Position numbers and translations under genes: made by a program. A stretch of 64,000 nt of DNA. Source: Phoronis australis (taxonomy: Eukaryota > Animalia > Phoronida). The notes under the pieces were generated by a model. It was not told the DNA's origin and made no database searches. It was given only the letters and a program-made list of their open reading frames with translations. Within the stretch, counting starts at the first letter, position 1. Each line of letters begins with the position of its first letter. Shown here piece after piece: positions 25,348 through 39,590 of this stretch. Location: positions 62,001 through 126,000 of the forward strand of contig NMRA01000739.1 of assembly GCA_002633005.1 (NCBI GenBank), given 5' to 3'.

Positions 25348-26818
25348 AGTCTCTAGGTCATTCGCGCGTGCCGTTTGACCCTATGTCATGTGCAAAATAA
25401 TTTCGGTCAACTGACCCTGTCTGTATAGATTAAGTTCACGGTGAGTAGCTCGTGCACCGCTTTTTCCTTCACAGGCACTCGCAGCTTTAACAAATGTATC
25501 GTTTTGGTGTGTGAACTATTAGGCAGTTTGTGTTCTGCTAGGCGTAAGGTTCGCTAAATGGACACCTTAGGTTTCGCGTTTTACAAACGCATGTGTGGGA
25601 TTATTGTGGAGCGAGATAGCCTGGCTTCCTTTGAGCCTTGAACAGAGCTGTGTAACACGAAAATTCGTTATTTTTTGCCATTTCATTACAAATCGTAACG
25701 ATCGCCACTAAATGTCCTTACGTAAGGAGAGAGCTTTTTGAATTCAGGTACAGGCGCTCGAGAGGAATTGATATTTCTCATTTGAATACTCATTGGCTCG
25801 GTTTGATTTCTGTTTTATCCAGATTCTCAAATGCAGGGATGCAACGATTGATTGAAAAGTCATCGATCCGTAGGTGAAATCTTAAGCACCACATCCAAAA
25901 TCGTTGAATCGTCCATTCCAATTTGCCTCTGCGGGAAGTTGGAGTATTTTGAACATCTGGGCTGAGTTGCATAAAACTTCAAAGTCATCCGCTGGATAAA
26001 ATTATTTGATTGATACATGAGATGAGGTGCATTATTCAACGTGGCGCGTGCTAATGCGACGTCATTGTTTCTATACAGCGAATTTTTAGTCCGTGGTCCA
26101 TTATTTGTAGGGCCTCTAGAAAATGGTTTTTGTGAGTACTTTAGGGGGGCAATTTTATTTTGGTGTTGTTTAATTCATTTATTAGAGTGTTTTCAAAATC
26201 TAAAAAGTTCCCACATATAAAATGTTGCACATTTTTGAGAAATTTGAGTTTGAAGTTACCTAATAATCACCAAAGAGCTTAGTAAACTTATATTTGTAAA
26301 AACAACAGTTTTGGTGACTTTTTTGTAAAGCAAGTAATATGGTCCCATCAGTGCCATTGTATTGAACAATATTGCACTCACATTGCATGTTTGACTATTG
26401 TAGATTAATTGTAAATAGTGAAATTTAAAAAAATGTAAAGAGACATCTAGTGGCAAAAATGCAATCTAAGTATGAATGTTATTAGGAAGTTATTATGGCA
26501 TTGTCTGGCAACAAAAATAACACAAAACACTTGAGACTGGGCAAAATTTGTGCCTCAATGACTAAAACATTGATTAATGGTGTAAAATACAGCTTGTTTG
26601 CATAATACACCAGAAATACGTTATTGTACAAAAACAATACAGTTCTCTGTGAATGTGCACAAAGACTGTATGAAAATAATAGATTATTCTGACAGCGTTT
26701 ATCAAGCAGTATGAGACAAATACATGGCAATGATCAAAGTATGTACTTTCTATTACTTAATCAACAAATGAAATAACTTTTTAATACAAAAAAGGAAATA
26801 ACGTGGTTGGAGGTCTAT

Positions 26819-27480
26819 TTAGTGTTGACTTGTCAAAGAACTATCCAATGTTATGCAGTCAGTGTTGCTGATGTTACTACAGTTGCCACAGCTGCATATT
26901 TCTGTACAGTTTGACCCAGCATTGCAGCACAAACTCAGTTTCCCAGCACACATGTTCTTTCTGCACTTGCAGCGTTCATCGTTTAGTACTATCAATGGAG
27001 ATGCGGGCATTGCCATACATTTTAACTGCAAAGCTCCACCGCCAAGGAGCCAACTATGGTCGATTAGAGAGGGTACAGCACTGCACACTGGTGATTGGCC
27101 CGCAGGCAATGAAGGGTCACTAAGTCCTTGTTTGGAGGCGGGCAGGATTTGGGCAAACGTTTGATTAAAAATATGTTATAATAGGCTGTGTTAATTAGAG
27201 TCAGCAAGTGAATTATTGAACACTAGCCTCAATTCACTTTCGTATCACTTAGTCGGGCACAAACTACAACAGTGAGTAGCTTCAACAATATTTCTTAAGA
27301 TTTCCAGTCCAAATAACTTCACGCACACCAGCTTTCTGAAGAACAGCTTCAAAGTCTTGCTTTAGTTTTGAAAGGCAAATGACATCTCCATGTGCTAGAA
27401 GCTTCGATTCAATGAACTCCAAACAAAACTGTAGAAAAACATCTCTGAAAACTGTGAATTCGTCACTCTTCACAATCGTT
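26819..27480 (-). pseudogene. Decayed DNA-transposon ORF with C-terminal CXC (Tesmin/TSO1-like) cysteine cluster; remnant probably spans about 26100-29150
   Basis: Minus-strand fragments PPPNKDLVTLHCLRANHQCAV (LPPT...H..RANYQ..W motif), frameshifted into PSLIDHSW...PASP...CKCRKNMC...CCNAGSNCTEICSCGNCSN. An upstream fragment reads FLQFCLEFIESKLLAHGDVICLSKLKQDF...NLKKY. The large central part is missing; superfamily uncertain (CMC/Chapaev-like is a guess). Confidence 0.7.
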
Positions 27481-30400
27481 GTCTTTCTCTTTTTTATAGC
27501 ATGATGATCTGTGGTACTTGGCTTCTAAGACACAAGGTCTTTATCTTTGAATTTCATTTGCATATTCAGGGCTCTGGACTGAGCTGTTCCTTGCGATACA
27601 AGTCCAACTGAAAAATAACCGAACTGTTAACACTAATTTATCATTCAACTATGAGTGAGTTGGCATGCAACTTTTTCAGACGGACTTACCAGGAACTGAT
27701 CCACCACCAGCCTAACAAATTTACATGCCGTCGGATCTGTCGCCTAAAAACGTTGATCGTCTAATAATTAGATTAGTTGATGCAACTGAAAATAAATCAG
27801 CTGATATACCAGTGCAGTGATTGAAATTTAATTTTTTTAAATCAGATGCTCAAACCATAGTCAATCGATTTACACTTAAGGTAATCGACGTTTGACGAAA
27901 TGGACAGTGGCTTCCACTGTCCTCAAATTATATGACGAGGACCTTGGCCACTTAGGCACTTTTAATTTAATTATCATTGCAGCTACCTAAGTAATTAATG
28001 TTTACAAAAATTGACAAGAGGTTCCCCCTATCCCAGGACTACGGCAGGGGATGACGGCCACTTGGGCATGTTGTTTGCAACCATCTACTCCATTTAAACT
28101 TCTCAAAAATTTTTTACTTAAAGTGCTTTAAAATCACACCCACAGTATAACGCCATATGATTATCCCTTAGTGCAAGCAGTGTCGATGTGGCAACTGAAC
28201 AATGGAGTGTTCGAAAAACAGGATTGCAGGAGTATTTGTTTAAACTGGGAACAAATGAAAACATTAACGACCTCCTCAGAGGCTTCTCTCTACGCGGTAC
28301 TTCTAAACTTATTGGAACATAATTTGCCGTAAAGCATTCGGCATATGGAGTACCTATGGTATGAACACCGTCTCTACTGGATCGGTGGTATTGTCTAAGG
28401 CCTAGGCAGACAAGGGGCTGAACAAGTTAAAAAACAACTGGTGATAATACTGAAACACACATGGAAAACACCAAGATGTACCTTTCAAAAACACGTACCT
28501 GTTTTTCAAAGCTATACTTCTTTCTCTTTCTTGAAATACGGTCCATAATATACTTTTCCTGCTAACAAATGATGCACTCATGTTTCAGAATGTTCCTATC
28601 TTGTTCAGGTTAATTGGGTGTTTCAGATTTTGGAAGTATAATTGATTTTCTTGGGAAATCTTCGGTAACATCTGTATCACTTTCAGCAACTTCAGCTTTA
28701 GTACTACTGCTGGTGCCTTGAAACGTTGCTATGCTGGTCTAAGTCCTTTCAATTTTTTGGTCTGACACTTGGACAGCACTCAGCAGTATACTGTGTAGGC
28801 TATACCAGAACTAGGCCATGACCATCGCCTCTGTTGGCCCGAAGCAGAGGCGATGGAGAGGCTATAGGCGCTCTGTACGCCGGAAGCTTTTCGGCGAATT
28901 ATGCCTCGCACCGACTAAACCATCAAAGTCACGTTGTTATAAATACCTTTTGCGCATAGAGGAACACCTTAGGAGGTTGTCGATGTGTTTAAGTCCTTCC
29001 AACTCCAACAAATACTCCCGTTATGAAACTTTTTCTTCGATCAGTCCCTATTTCAGTTCCCAAAATCGTGAAATCAAAATTTTNTCCTCTATTTTTGTCC
29101 AAAAGTATCTTTCTCAACGTCTAATTGCACGAGCTAGACGCGCATAGTATTACGCAACCTTCAGTTGCATAATTATTATGTAGAGGATTGGGACTTTGAA
29201 ATCATAGTGAAAGGGCAAGAAATTAGATGCCTGCCGTTTTAACAAACTAATGACCGTTCAACAGGCGTTGTTCTTAACTAATTATCGACATACGCTTTTG
29301 CCGAGCTTCAAATGTATTATGATGATACAGTGGCGAACCTAGGATAACATAACGGAGTGCCCCGGCGTGGTCTCGGGGGGAATTGGGCAAACCGCGGTTG
29401 TACGCCCGCAGGCGGTCCGAAAGTTGTGGGGGGCCACGGATGTGGGCCTTTTATTCGGAAAATCTATGGGTGGACTAAAAAAAACGGGAACACGATTCCC
29501 TCCGAGGCCCCCGCCCCCCTGGTCCTCTACAGGTCTTGCTTGCTGAAACCTCACGCTTCACGCTGCTGTTGTATCGGTTTGCTTCCGGCAGCCAAGCCCC
29601 CCCCCCCAAATCCGCCTATGTGATACGTCTAATAGTTAAAGAGAGAACAACGAGGGTAAATAAACTTTTGGTTACAAATTATCGAAAGAGGTAATATGTC
29701 CTTTATTTATTCGTATCATCGCCTGTTTGTGCTGAAAGTCGCAACACTCCCGATCTTGATTACGCAGTAAAAGAACCACAACTGTTGATTAAGTCATAAG
29801 ATTAAAGACGTGGGCGTGCCAACGAACTTTTCTTTAGGAATTGTGACACATTACGGCGGCCGCCACATAATAAAATATTTTTTCTTCTCTTCAAAATGAC
29901 ACTACTGGGCCTCCGTAACGCATTACTAATGAATCCATTGTCAAAAATACCACGCGGCGTTAACCAGCATAAAACCTGTTTGAAAATCTCAACAAGGTCG
30001 CTGTGTACGAATCATCCTGATACGGCAAGTTGTGTGACATCGACCGTCACTGGGACGGTGAATATTTTGCCGGTCGGAAAATTGAATTTCTTGAATTGTT
30101 CTAGTACATATACAGCAGCCGATAAAAGATTAAACCCATTTTGACGAGACTTCCTGCGACGTCATTTCTGACTATGTTTAACCAAGCTAAAATAACTCTA
30201 TTTTACTAGTATAACAAACAAGACACGACATGGACTTTTTATACATAAAAAGTGAAATCCTATGCGCAATGGATTGTGTGAAATGGAAAATATTATCTTA
30301 AGTAATGGCTACGTCACCCAGGAAGCTTCTCGCGATAAAAGCAAAATCACGCGAGTGAAAGGGTTGCTCGAGCTTTAACTGGCACACAGACTGGTAGAAT

Positions 30401-30884
30401 TGGCGTCAGTGAAGTGTTTAATCAGTGAGGCTGGAATTTTGTTTTGGCTGTTTGCTAAAAAGAAGATTTTTGCCACAATTGTCTAGGGATTGCCTTGCGT
30501 TTACGACATACAGACCGTTGTTGCTACAGAAGGGATTTAAAGATCGTCATTCTCGCCATAAGCCAAAAGAAACGTACACATATAAGAGTTTCTCGCGAGA
30601 GATTTTTCTTGGTCTTGCGCGATCTTGCTTTTTCGTTGGCCAGGGATCTTTCCACGGAACGCATTCCAGACCTGATCAAATCATTCGAAATGCGTTTTCT
30701 GCTTTGCTTCGAGTGGGTCACGTCGTTCAAACCTATATTTTTATCATACGCATAGGCGGATTTAGGGGGGCAGCCCCCCCCCCCACTTGGCTGCCGCAAA
30801 AAAAATAAAACAGCAAAAGTGTGAGGAAACATTGAGTTTATGAATTAACAGAGGAAACGAACATGCAGCTGAAACAAGATTTAG

Positions 30885-31034
30885 CATTGTACGCGCGTGC
30901 GTGGGGGGACTCAGACCGCCGGCTCAATCGTTTTCTCGTTTGTTTTTTTAGTTCTCCGATTGGTTTTTAGCAAAAGGTTCAAATCCTAAGAAATTCGAGC
31001 CCCACCCCTACATCTTAGGCTGGTTGCGCGCATG
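30885..31034 (-). mobile_element. Degenerate, internally deleted MITE family A copy
   Basis: Ends gaaattcgagccc...ttaggctggttgcgcgcatg, like the 24773 and 36570 ends. Confidence 0.6.
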
Positions 31035-34000
31035 CAATCGTACTTTGCGCGTTTGCCCGAAGCAAAATTTTGGGACCCCTTTCCCTTCTTAAGGTTTCCT
31101 AGATCCGCCACTGATACGAAATTGTATCTAAACGATTTTGAAACTCATCACGTTCAAAAAGAATCGGTTGTTCCCAAACGAAGGCAACTGTCATAGAAGT
31201 TTCGGCTGAAACTGTGAAAATTACAAAGAGCACATGTAAGAGTATAAAATATATAAAATCAGCTCTGATTTTTGTCACATTTCTCAACTTTCGTTTAGTT
31301 CGGTTAAAACATATTCTTCATGCTTTCCAGTGCGACTTCAGTACACGACATTGATTATATAACCTACAGCTAGATCTCAGTCACGACGACTCGGACAAAC
31401 ATGCTCCGGAAAGGGGAAATGATATATCCAATCCGTTAATAACACGGTGACATTAATAACAAACATTCAAACTGACTTCACGCAGCCAACAAACTGTAGA
31501 CTTTTTTATCTCCGGAGTGTTACACCAATATATTACAGCGCCTTCGACGTGTTATATAACAAGTTTGAACTCGCTGTCAAAGCGGCACGACTTCGGGAAG
31601 AAAAGTCTTTTTTCTTTAATAGAAGATGTTAGTAAACAACCACTCCATGGTCAAAACAAAAATAGGATTTGGTTTTTAACTGTGATTGTCGAGCACCCAT
31701 GGAGTACCTAACTGTATCAAGGGCGGGGACCAACAATAAATCAGACTTCAAATGCCCGGACTTCAAAATCATAGGTCGGTTGGACTGCAATGCCAAATGG
31801 CCGGCAACAAACGTGCTGTACGAACTTCAACACACTATGATCTCACCCAAAAAACTAGTTGGCTGGACCCAAAACACGATGCCCGGTGCTATAACCAGTT
31901 GGACGGTGATCAAACAAGACGGTCGGATTCCTCTTGACTTGCTTTGAAGTATAGAGCGGCCATTGCGCACCAGCCGACCCATTTTAGACCACCTCAGTTA
32001 GTGTCCAGACAGCCGCGGAATGATTATTTACTGGCTATTATAAACAAAATCTGCATTTTATTGCCGTGTACCCACAGAGCAATATCTTACTAATACCGGG
32101 TTGTTCAACGACTTTACTTTGTTTTCTACCACCCGAGAGCGCATGCGCTACGCAAACACTTCCTAAAGGAGAAGGGAATAGACGATACTAATCTCTTCTA
32201 ACACTATGATTCTTCCCAAGTAACCTAACAACTTAAGGCTGGTTCTCACAATGGCTCGTGACTGTCGCCTCTAAAATTTAATTATCTGTTACTTTTAATG
32301 GCACCTTAATGTCGCTAGTGGCACCAATTCTCCCGCTTATACTGCCCTCTGGTGTTCTTATTTACATGTTGTGAATGAGCAGAGCTAATGCGAACCATAT
32401 CCTACAGCTGTCTTATCACGTCTTTGTTTCGACAAACAGCCCGCAGTGTTATTAATTTCATCGTTCCCGTACATTTGCACTAATCCCCAAAAATTCATTT
32501 TTTAACTTTGAAGAAGTTGTGCCGCTGATTTCTGTTATGGTTGTTTTTCACTCACTGTCCCACCCCTATCAGGAAGCAGCCCCGCCTGGACAAATAAGAA
32601 CATTTTGTATTTCTCCGTTACGTCGCCAAGTGGTAACTGTGGCGTGGAAAGGGCAATTTTTTTCAACTGCCGTTGATACTGCACTCCCCGGTTAGTCTGC
32701 TTTAGATACATGTACAGTTGTTTCAAAGGCTCGATGGATATGTCTGTTTTCTTGTAAACTGTGAAGTCGTTATGCTGGACGAAATAATCTTGATTGTTAG
32801 AGCGCTTACGTAATCATCAACGCCAGAGTTGTTATGCAATTGCGGCTTCTTACAGCACGCTGCTTGTACCTTAAAAAATCTGTTTGACGTCACAGTTACC
32901 CTGACCGCCAGCAATTACGTGTACGATAAATTACTGTAAGAAGGCTGTAAATTGCGTGCGTTTGTGAACGTTTTTAAACTGCTGACAAAACGTTGCCTCA
33001 CAAATATCTTTGAAGCTGAGTCGTTAATTTTCATGGGCATGACAGAAGGACATTATTTAAGCAATAGAACGTGAAACAAAGTTCACTAAGCAACCCACAG
33101 AGTAAGATTCGTATTGGAAGCCCATCGTGTTTTCAGTCCTCACAGTCGAGAATCATGCGTGTAGAGTATCTTGAAAACGATTCGGAGTGAACCAAAACAA
33201 AAATTTTGAGACATCACGAAAGAATGGCTAGTTTAACCGGAAGTGGTGGATCCTTATAATGGAGCTAGAGTGTTTCCGCACCAGTTCTTGCACACTGATA
33301 ACGGATACTTCCGTCAAACGGAGTTAAGCCACGCCCACTATTGTTACGGTTGTGAAGTCCCATAAGCGCAAAACAACTATGACGGAAGTCCCCAACATGC
33401 GTACTATTACAACATATTCTGGTCTATATGCTCCCAGTGATACTTGACTTAAATTTTTACCGGCCTATGAAGCCCATTCACAGATTACTGACCAATTTTT
33501 ATCAACTAATCTTCACATAGTTGGCATATCAATTAAAACTGTTAGGCACAGTAGGTGCATTCTGTTGCACTATAAAACTTCTACGACATGATTAGGAAGG
33601 TTGATAGGTGATTTCATAGCACACCTGACGATGAGAAAGAACTGTCTTCACGAGATTACATAGACAACGTGAAGTTTTGGTGGTTTTGACTGGTGACCTC
33701 CAGGTGCCTGAGTAGAGGCTGTGTTACACGAGTATTGTCCACGAGGCCACTTTTCCTTAAGTCTCGTGTGTTGTCAAACACATACACGGTAATGTTCGAC
33801 TTTATTTCGAGATCGATCCACGTCAGGTACTAGAAACCAAAGGAAAATATTTTTCGTTCTGCGTAAATTGTTGATTTCCACAGTGAGTATACTATGCTCA
33901 TCGAAATAGCATCTTTTTGGTTTTGTTAGCAACGAATACTTTTGGCTCATGGTGAAGAACAGTCGTTGTGTTTACATTTCCCCGCCACCATTGCTGGAAT

Positions 34001-34223
34001 TGACATTTTGACTAATGCGTCTACGTGTATCGATTGGGCAGACATAGCAGGTTACAAATGAATTACAGTGTTGCACCGGACCCCTTACTCGCCTTTCCTA
34101 CATTTTTGTGATATTGATCTGGTAAAATTCCCCGTTACTTCTACGTGTATGTCTTACCATTTCAATGATCATTAAATTCTCATTTTTTCGGTACAGGTGC
34201 TTCCTGAGAAAGTGCATGACGCG

Positions 34224-34292
34224 AGGACCAACGTCGGAACCAACGTCGGGACCAACAACGAGATCAACGACGGGACCAACGTCGGGACCAAC
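34224..34292. repeat. 12-bp tandem repeat (GGGACCAACGTC) x about 6
   Basis: Read directly. Confidence 0.85.
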
Positions 34293-35256
34293 GGTCTAGT
34301 AATCTTTGATCTCAGACTCCACTCATGCTTATTGGAACTCAAAACTTCAAGCTGTTTCAGGTTAAAATACAAAAAAGGAATTAGACATTTTGCTCTCAAA
34401 AATGGGTCTCATGCTGTGAGAGGAATTCATTTCTGTCGACACCTCAAGTCACCCGGCAACAAATACATATGCCATTTTCGATTTCGCAATATTAGGGTTG
34501 GTAGGCCCTAACCCCCCCCCCAAAAAAAACGTAAATAACTAAATCGTTTACTTGGTGTTTCTATGGTCTTGTTGGTGATGAAAGCATGTCCTGGTTAGGA
34601 ATATTATGAGACCAATTAAACAAGAGTGAACGGCTTAATTCAATTTTTCATTTTAGCGTTTTTAAAAGGGTGAACTGCAGCTTTAATCTACAATACCTCA
34701 ACGCATGCATCAAGTGCAGATTAATAAAGTTGACTTAAGCGTATCATGAAATTTTAGCGGTCAATTTTCTAGTCGAGTTTCAAGTACAGAAGCTCTTGAA
34801 ACACAGAATGCAAATACATGCATCATAAGCGAGATACTGTAGCTAACACTCAGAAGTGCGCTTCGGAACGTCCCACCNCCCCCCCCCCCCACGTATCTGA
34901 AACAAGCTCAACATAATGTGTCGTCTCCCCACAAGTTGTCAAGGTACCAACAAGGCCACATCCGGTCAGGATATATACCTACAGTGTGAGCCACAACCAT
35001 AATGTTTGTGTGCAAATATAGGTTAGACTTGTCTATACTGCGATTTGTTAATATGAAAGTTTGAGACTGCCAAAACATAGCAACACTTCCCTTTACAGCT
35101 TAGGTGTCAATGTGCTTTGAGTACCCATCCCTATATGTTATCCACGGTGCTGACTGTTGCGTTGCACTTAAGCCATACACCACGTGTTTTAGAAGTTATT
35201 TCGGCAACACGGTCTTTATGAGACATGGAGATGCTTAGGGTTCTGTTTCGTACATG

Positions 35257-35328
35257 CATGGGCGGAACAGCACTGAAAAAAGTGGGAGAACTATAGCCAC
35301 CAGCCCCCCTGTGGTGCACCGCCCATAG
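35257..35328 (+). mobile_element. Mini-MITE family D copy
   Basis: catgggcgg...cagcactgaaaaaagtggg...ggtgcaccgcccata. Confidence 0.65.
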
Positions 35329-36297
35329 GCCAAGGGCGGCACAGCATGATGCGCCGCCGATGCAGAACATGAAGACCCAAACCACTCATGACTAGAAAAG
35401 CGCGTATGGTAATTTGCTTCTCTTGTAACATGGGCATAGGTGGCTGGAGAGGGGGGGGGGTATAGCTCCATTTTTAAGTGTTGCGCAGCCCATGTGTCAT
35501 GCATGTTTGTATCTCGTGAAAACTTAAGTGATCTTGGGTGTTCACAAGTTTTTGAGCCTACGGAATGCAGGCCAAGACCTTGGTCTCGACAATTGGAAAA
35601 TTGACCACGAGAAGCGTGTACGTCAAAAACAGCTAGCACGTCATACATAACACAGAAATTAAACCTGTTTTCCACAACCCCCAGGTGATTGTCGTTCACG
35701 TAAACGAAAACTGTGTAATTATTACAGAAATTAAAAACCTTTCGCTCTTTCAAAGGCGACCGGAACTCGGAAGCTTTTAACCTAACTCGGTGGATTGTTT
35801 CCAATAAATCTTTTGTTTTATCCGGAATAACTGATAATTAAACAGAATTTAAGAAGCAATCACTATCACTAGAGATAACAAAGGCTTTAAGGTAATGTAT
35901 TTGTAATACATGAAGAAGTCACATGATGCACAGCACTGCGCATATATTACATGTATAGTGAACAACTACTCTCTGTAAAGTTGATTCATGCTGTACATGT
36001 ATGCCCACCTTCATTTTACCATTTTACCACAGCACGTCCAGTTTGGCATCAGCGATATAAGTAAATATGTCTGCAAATTTTCCACAGGACTTTATAAAGT
36101 TATATTTTCTATGCAATTAATTGTCTTGAACAATACTAAAATGTATTTGTAAAGTATGTATATTCTTTTGAATTGTTTCTTACGATACTTGCTGTTGCTT
36201 CCGGTCAGGCGAGTTTCAACGACTGACATTCCTGGATGTTTTTGACTGATACAACTGTATCAAATAAGAGATTGGCCCTGTTAGCCACCTGTTTTAG

Positions 36298-36570
36298 CAT
36301 GCCTGCACCCAGGGGGTCTCGGGGGGCTCGGGGGCTCGGGGGGCTCGAACGAGCCCTCCCATTTGGCGAAGTGGACAAAAAGGTCTGCACCAGAAAAACA
36401 AAATGTCCGAAAAAACGAGTCAAAGTCCATTAGTTGAAAAGGCGCAGGTCACAGTCCTGACGGCGATACCCCGTTTTTTCGTTTTTTAGTCCTGCTGCTT
36501 TTTTATCAGCAAAAGGTCTACATAGCCGGAAATTCGAGCCCTCCCATATTAAAGGCTGGGTGCGCGCATG
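36298..36570 (-). mobile_element. MITE family A copy (inverted) with 5-bp TSD (TTTAG)
   Basis: tttag|catgcctgcacccagg ... ctgggtgcgcgcatg|tttag. Confidence 0.88.
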
Positions 36571-38095
36571 TTTAGTGGTCTTACTCATCGTTCCATCAAT
36601 ACAACGCCTGTCTGTACATATACAGTGTATTGTGTTTCGTTGTTAATGAAGACTCCATCCTTGAATATTTCTCTTCCTTCCTTCCTCCCTAGCTTCTCTC
36701 GCCTCCCCTCCCTCCCTTGGCTGCCCTCTGTCCTTCCCTCTACCGCCATTCCCCAGATATCTCCTTCACTCCCTTCGTCCTTCCCTGCCGTTTCACTCCA
36801 ATAATGAAACTCATGTATTGAATACAGTGTACAAGTCTAACATGTGTGTATTTAGCCAAGTTTCTGCAAAACTATATGAAGTTCAACCCAATAAAGGTCA
36901 CAAGGTTCAAAGTTCAGCAAACATAAAATGTACTTTGATAGCAAAACAACGGTATCAAAAGCATGTCGCATGTCAAAATTTCGTTTCATATAAATATTCA
37001 AAATGAAATCTCACACTAGCTGTTACAGTTTGGTTTTGGTTGTGATTAATTTATTTATTTTCGGTGAAAATCATAACTTCTCTATTTTCGATACTCCCTG
37101 ATGCAAAAGTGAACTATTTTAAAATAACTCCTATCATGGGTTGGGTGAATCTGAACTGAAAGTTTAATGCGATCAGCCATTTCTGAGACACAGTGTTCCA
37201 AAGTGACCCAAATTTGGGTATTTTTCTAAGGTCTCACATAGGCTTAAAATGACCTGAAGAGCGGAAAGAAACATCTCAAATTATAGAACAGAAAAGAAAC
37301 AACACACATATGCACGCACGCACCCCTGTGATGACCATACAAGCTCCCTACTTCATAAACGAGACAAAAATGAAAATTTGATCAAGACGTCAAGTTATTG
37401 ACAAAATTTCAAAATACAATTCGACAGAAACCGGTCCTCGGACCTGAGTTTTCGATGCTCTTTGAAGTCGTGTTCTCAGAACGTGTGAGTCCGTCATAAC
37501 AGTTGATGAAACGGACTGAAGGCGATATAGGAAAACACGATCAACCTAGGCCGAAAATATGCCTTGATTGAAACACCGTCCAAATGAACATTACTCAGCC
37601 GTCCTGGCTTGTCCCTTATCCGAGGTCGTGGTCAGAACTACTTTAGAATTACACCGCTTTTACATAATTTGTATCGGCGTAATTAGGTTTACTATCGCTC
37701 AAACAGTTTGAAGAGCCCAGTGCCCAGCTGCATGAAACAGACCCAAATAAGGACTCAACTAAGGTGCCTAATATTACTGTGTGCCTGTGGACTTGTGAAA
37801 ACACTGAAAGTGTTCTTTGATGCCGTTTCAGTTTCATCAATAAGTCAATTTTTGGATTTGATAGAGAGCGAGAATTAATTCCACGGTGAATTCTCAATAT
37901 TATTGAAAATAAGTAGGGGTCTTTCATGCAATGCCCCTAATTTAAGTACTGTGCCCCTGTTTATTTTCAGTGAATTAAGAGCGAAGTTTTTAATTATATC
38001 ATTAGAAAATGTTACTAGTAAAAGGGAACCTCATAATGAAAATAAAATGGTGGAAAAGGATTTCATTTTGTGAGTAAAGAAGGACGCAAATACCC

Positions 38096-38396
38096 AAAAG
38101 ATTCAGGGAACGTAATTGAGTGCCTATTTCAGACTGTTTCATGCGACTGGGCGCTGGTCGTTTGCAAGCAAAAGATTTAGGGAACGTAACTGAGTGCCTA
38201 TTTCAGACTGTTTCATGCGACTGGGAGCTGGTCGTTTGCAAGCAAGAGATTTAGGGAACGTAATTGAGTGCCTATTTCAGACTGTTTCATGCGACTGGGC
38301 GCTGGTCGTTTGCAAGCAAAAGATTTAGGGAACGTAACTGAGTCCCTATTTCAGACTGTTTCATGCGACCGGACGCTGCTCGTTTGCAAGCAAAAG
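38096..38396. repeat. 74-bp tandem repeat x4
   Basis: agggaacgtaa recurs at 38105, 38179, 38253 and 38327. Confidence 0.95.
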
Positions 38397-38465
38397 TTAG
38401 AGAGGTAATAAAGTAAAATTCCAACGAAGAAACTAACTGTTGATTTAGAATGTCTGTCTATATTA

Positions 38466-38624
38466 AAATGGCGGATTTAGAGGGGGCAAGGGGGCCATGC
38501 CACCCTAAAACTCTCCCATATTCCATTTGGCAGTTCGGGAGGGCGAATGTCTGACTGGCAAATTCCGGGCTAAAACTCTGCCCTGCTCCCCCTCCCTTAA
38601 GTAAAAATACTGGATCCTCCCCTG
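38466..38624 (-). mobile_element. MITE family B copy (inverted relative to 13865-14021)
   Basis: Colinear reverse complement of 13865-14021. Confidence 0.75.
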
Positions 38625-39079
38625 AAGTTGTCCCCTATATAATCAGATGAGAAACAATTCTTGTTAAGGACTGACAATCTTTCATTTCTCGAGACATTAA
38701 TCGGCGAATAAAATGACACGCCGTGACAACTCGCCTGAGCCTGAAAACAATAATGAACAGCGACGCTTAATGTCTAGAAATGACACCTACCTTGGCTAAA
38801 AAGGAATGAAATTTGGAACCACTTTCTTAATGCTAAGTTAGGTTCATGTCGCTTTGATATCAAATGGATATCCGATTAAAAAACAGCTGACACTCTACCA
38901 AACAATTATGTTTATAAAGGGTAGTAAACGCCGATTAAACATATTATAAAACTGTCAATTATCATACTACACCAAGAAACTGCTCTGAATCTTCGTCAAC
39001 TCTCAAAATTTCAAAATCAGTTCGAACGTCTCACAAGGTATTCAAAATCGGAAAATATTAACACTTCGAATGAGTTAAA

Positions 39080-39590
39080 ATTTATCCTAGAAAATTTCCA
39101 AAATTGGCTAAGTTTGTTTCATATTTCAAAAATGACTGATGAAATTCCCATGAAATTTCGAATGCTAATTTCATGCACTTTTCTTTAAAACGTAATTGGA
39201 AATTGCTTTTAAAATGCTCTACCTTTTACATGAAGAGCTGTCAAAAATAAGAATTCATGACTTTCATGAGGAAACTCCCTAAGTCACGTGACAGGAAAAC
39301 AAAACGATTATTACAAAACTGTAACAGCGTTTCGGAGATTTCATCTTGAATATTTACATTTTATCAAATGAAATTAAATCGTGTTATTGAAACCGCTGTT
39401 TTGCTATTAAATGTACTTACTTTTTTCAGATTTTCCTACAAATGCATGGCCAGGTGCCCAATTTAATGGCAAATTGGCAAATAGTCAACTCTCAAATTCT
39501 AGTACAGGCTTTCTAGTTGCAGAAAAATATGTTTTTGAGGAGTTATAATCCATAGTGTTGCAGATATTTGGCTAAATACGCAAACTTGTC
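39080..39590 (+). repeat. Old dispersed repeat family C fragment
   Basis: Aligns by eye with 10560-10830 and, inverted, with 56560-56960. Confidence 0.6.

Noticed and set aside
35235-35804. 189-aa minus-strand ORF
   Set aside because: Non-ATG start, overlaps a MITE, and has no recognisable domain.
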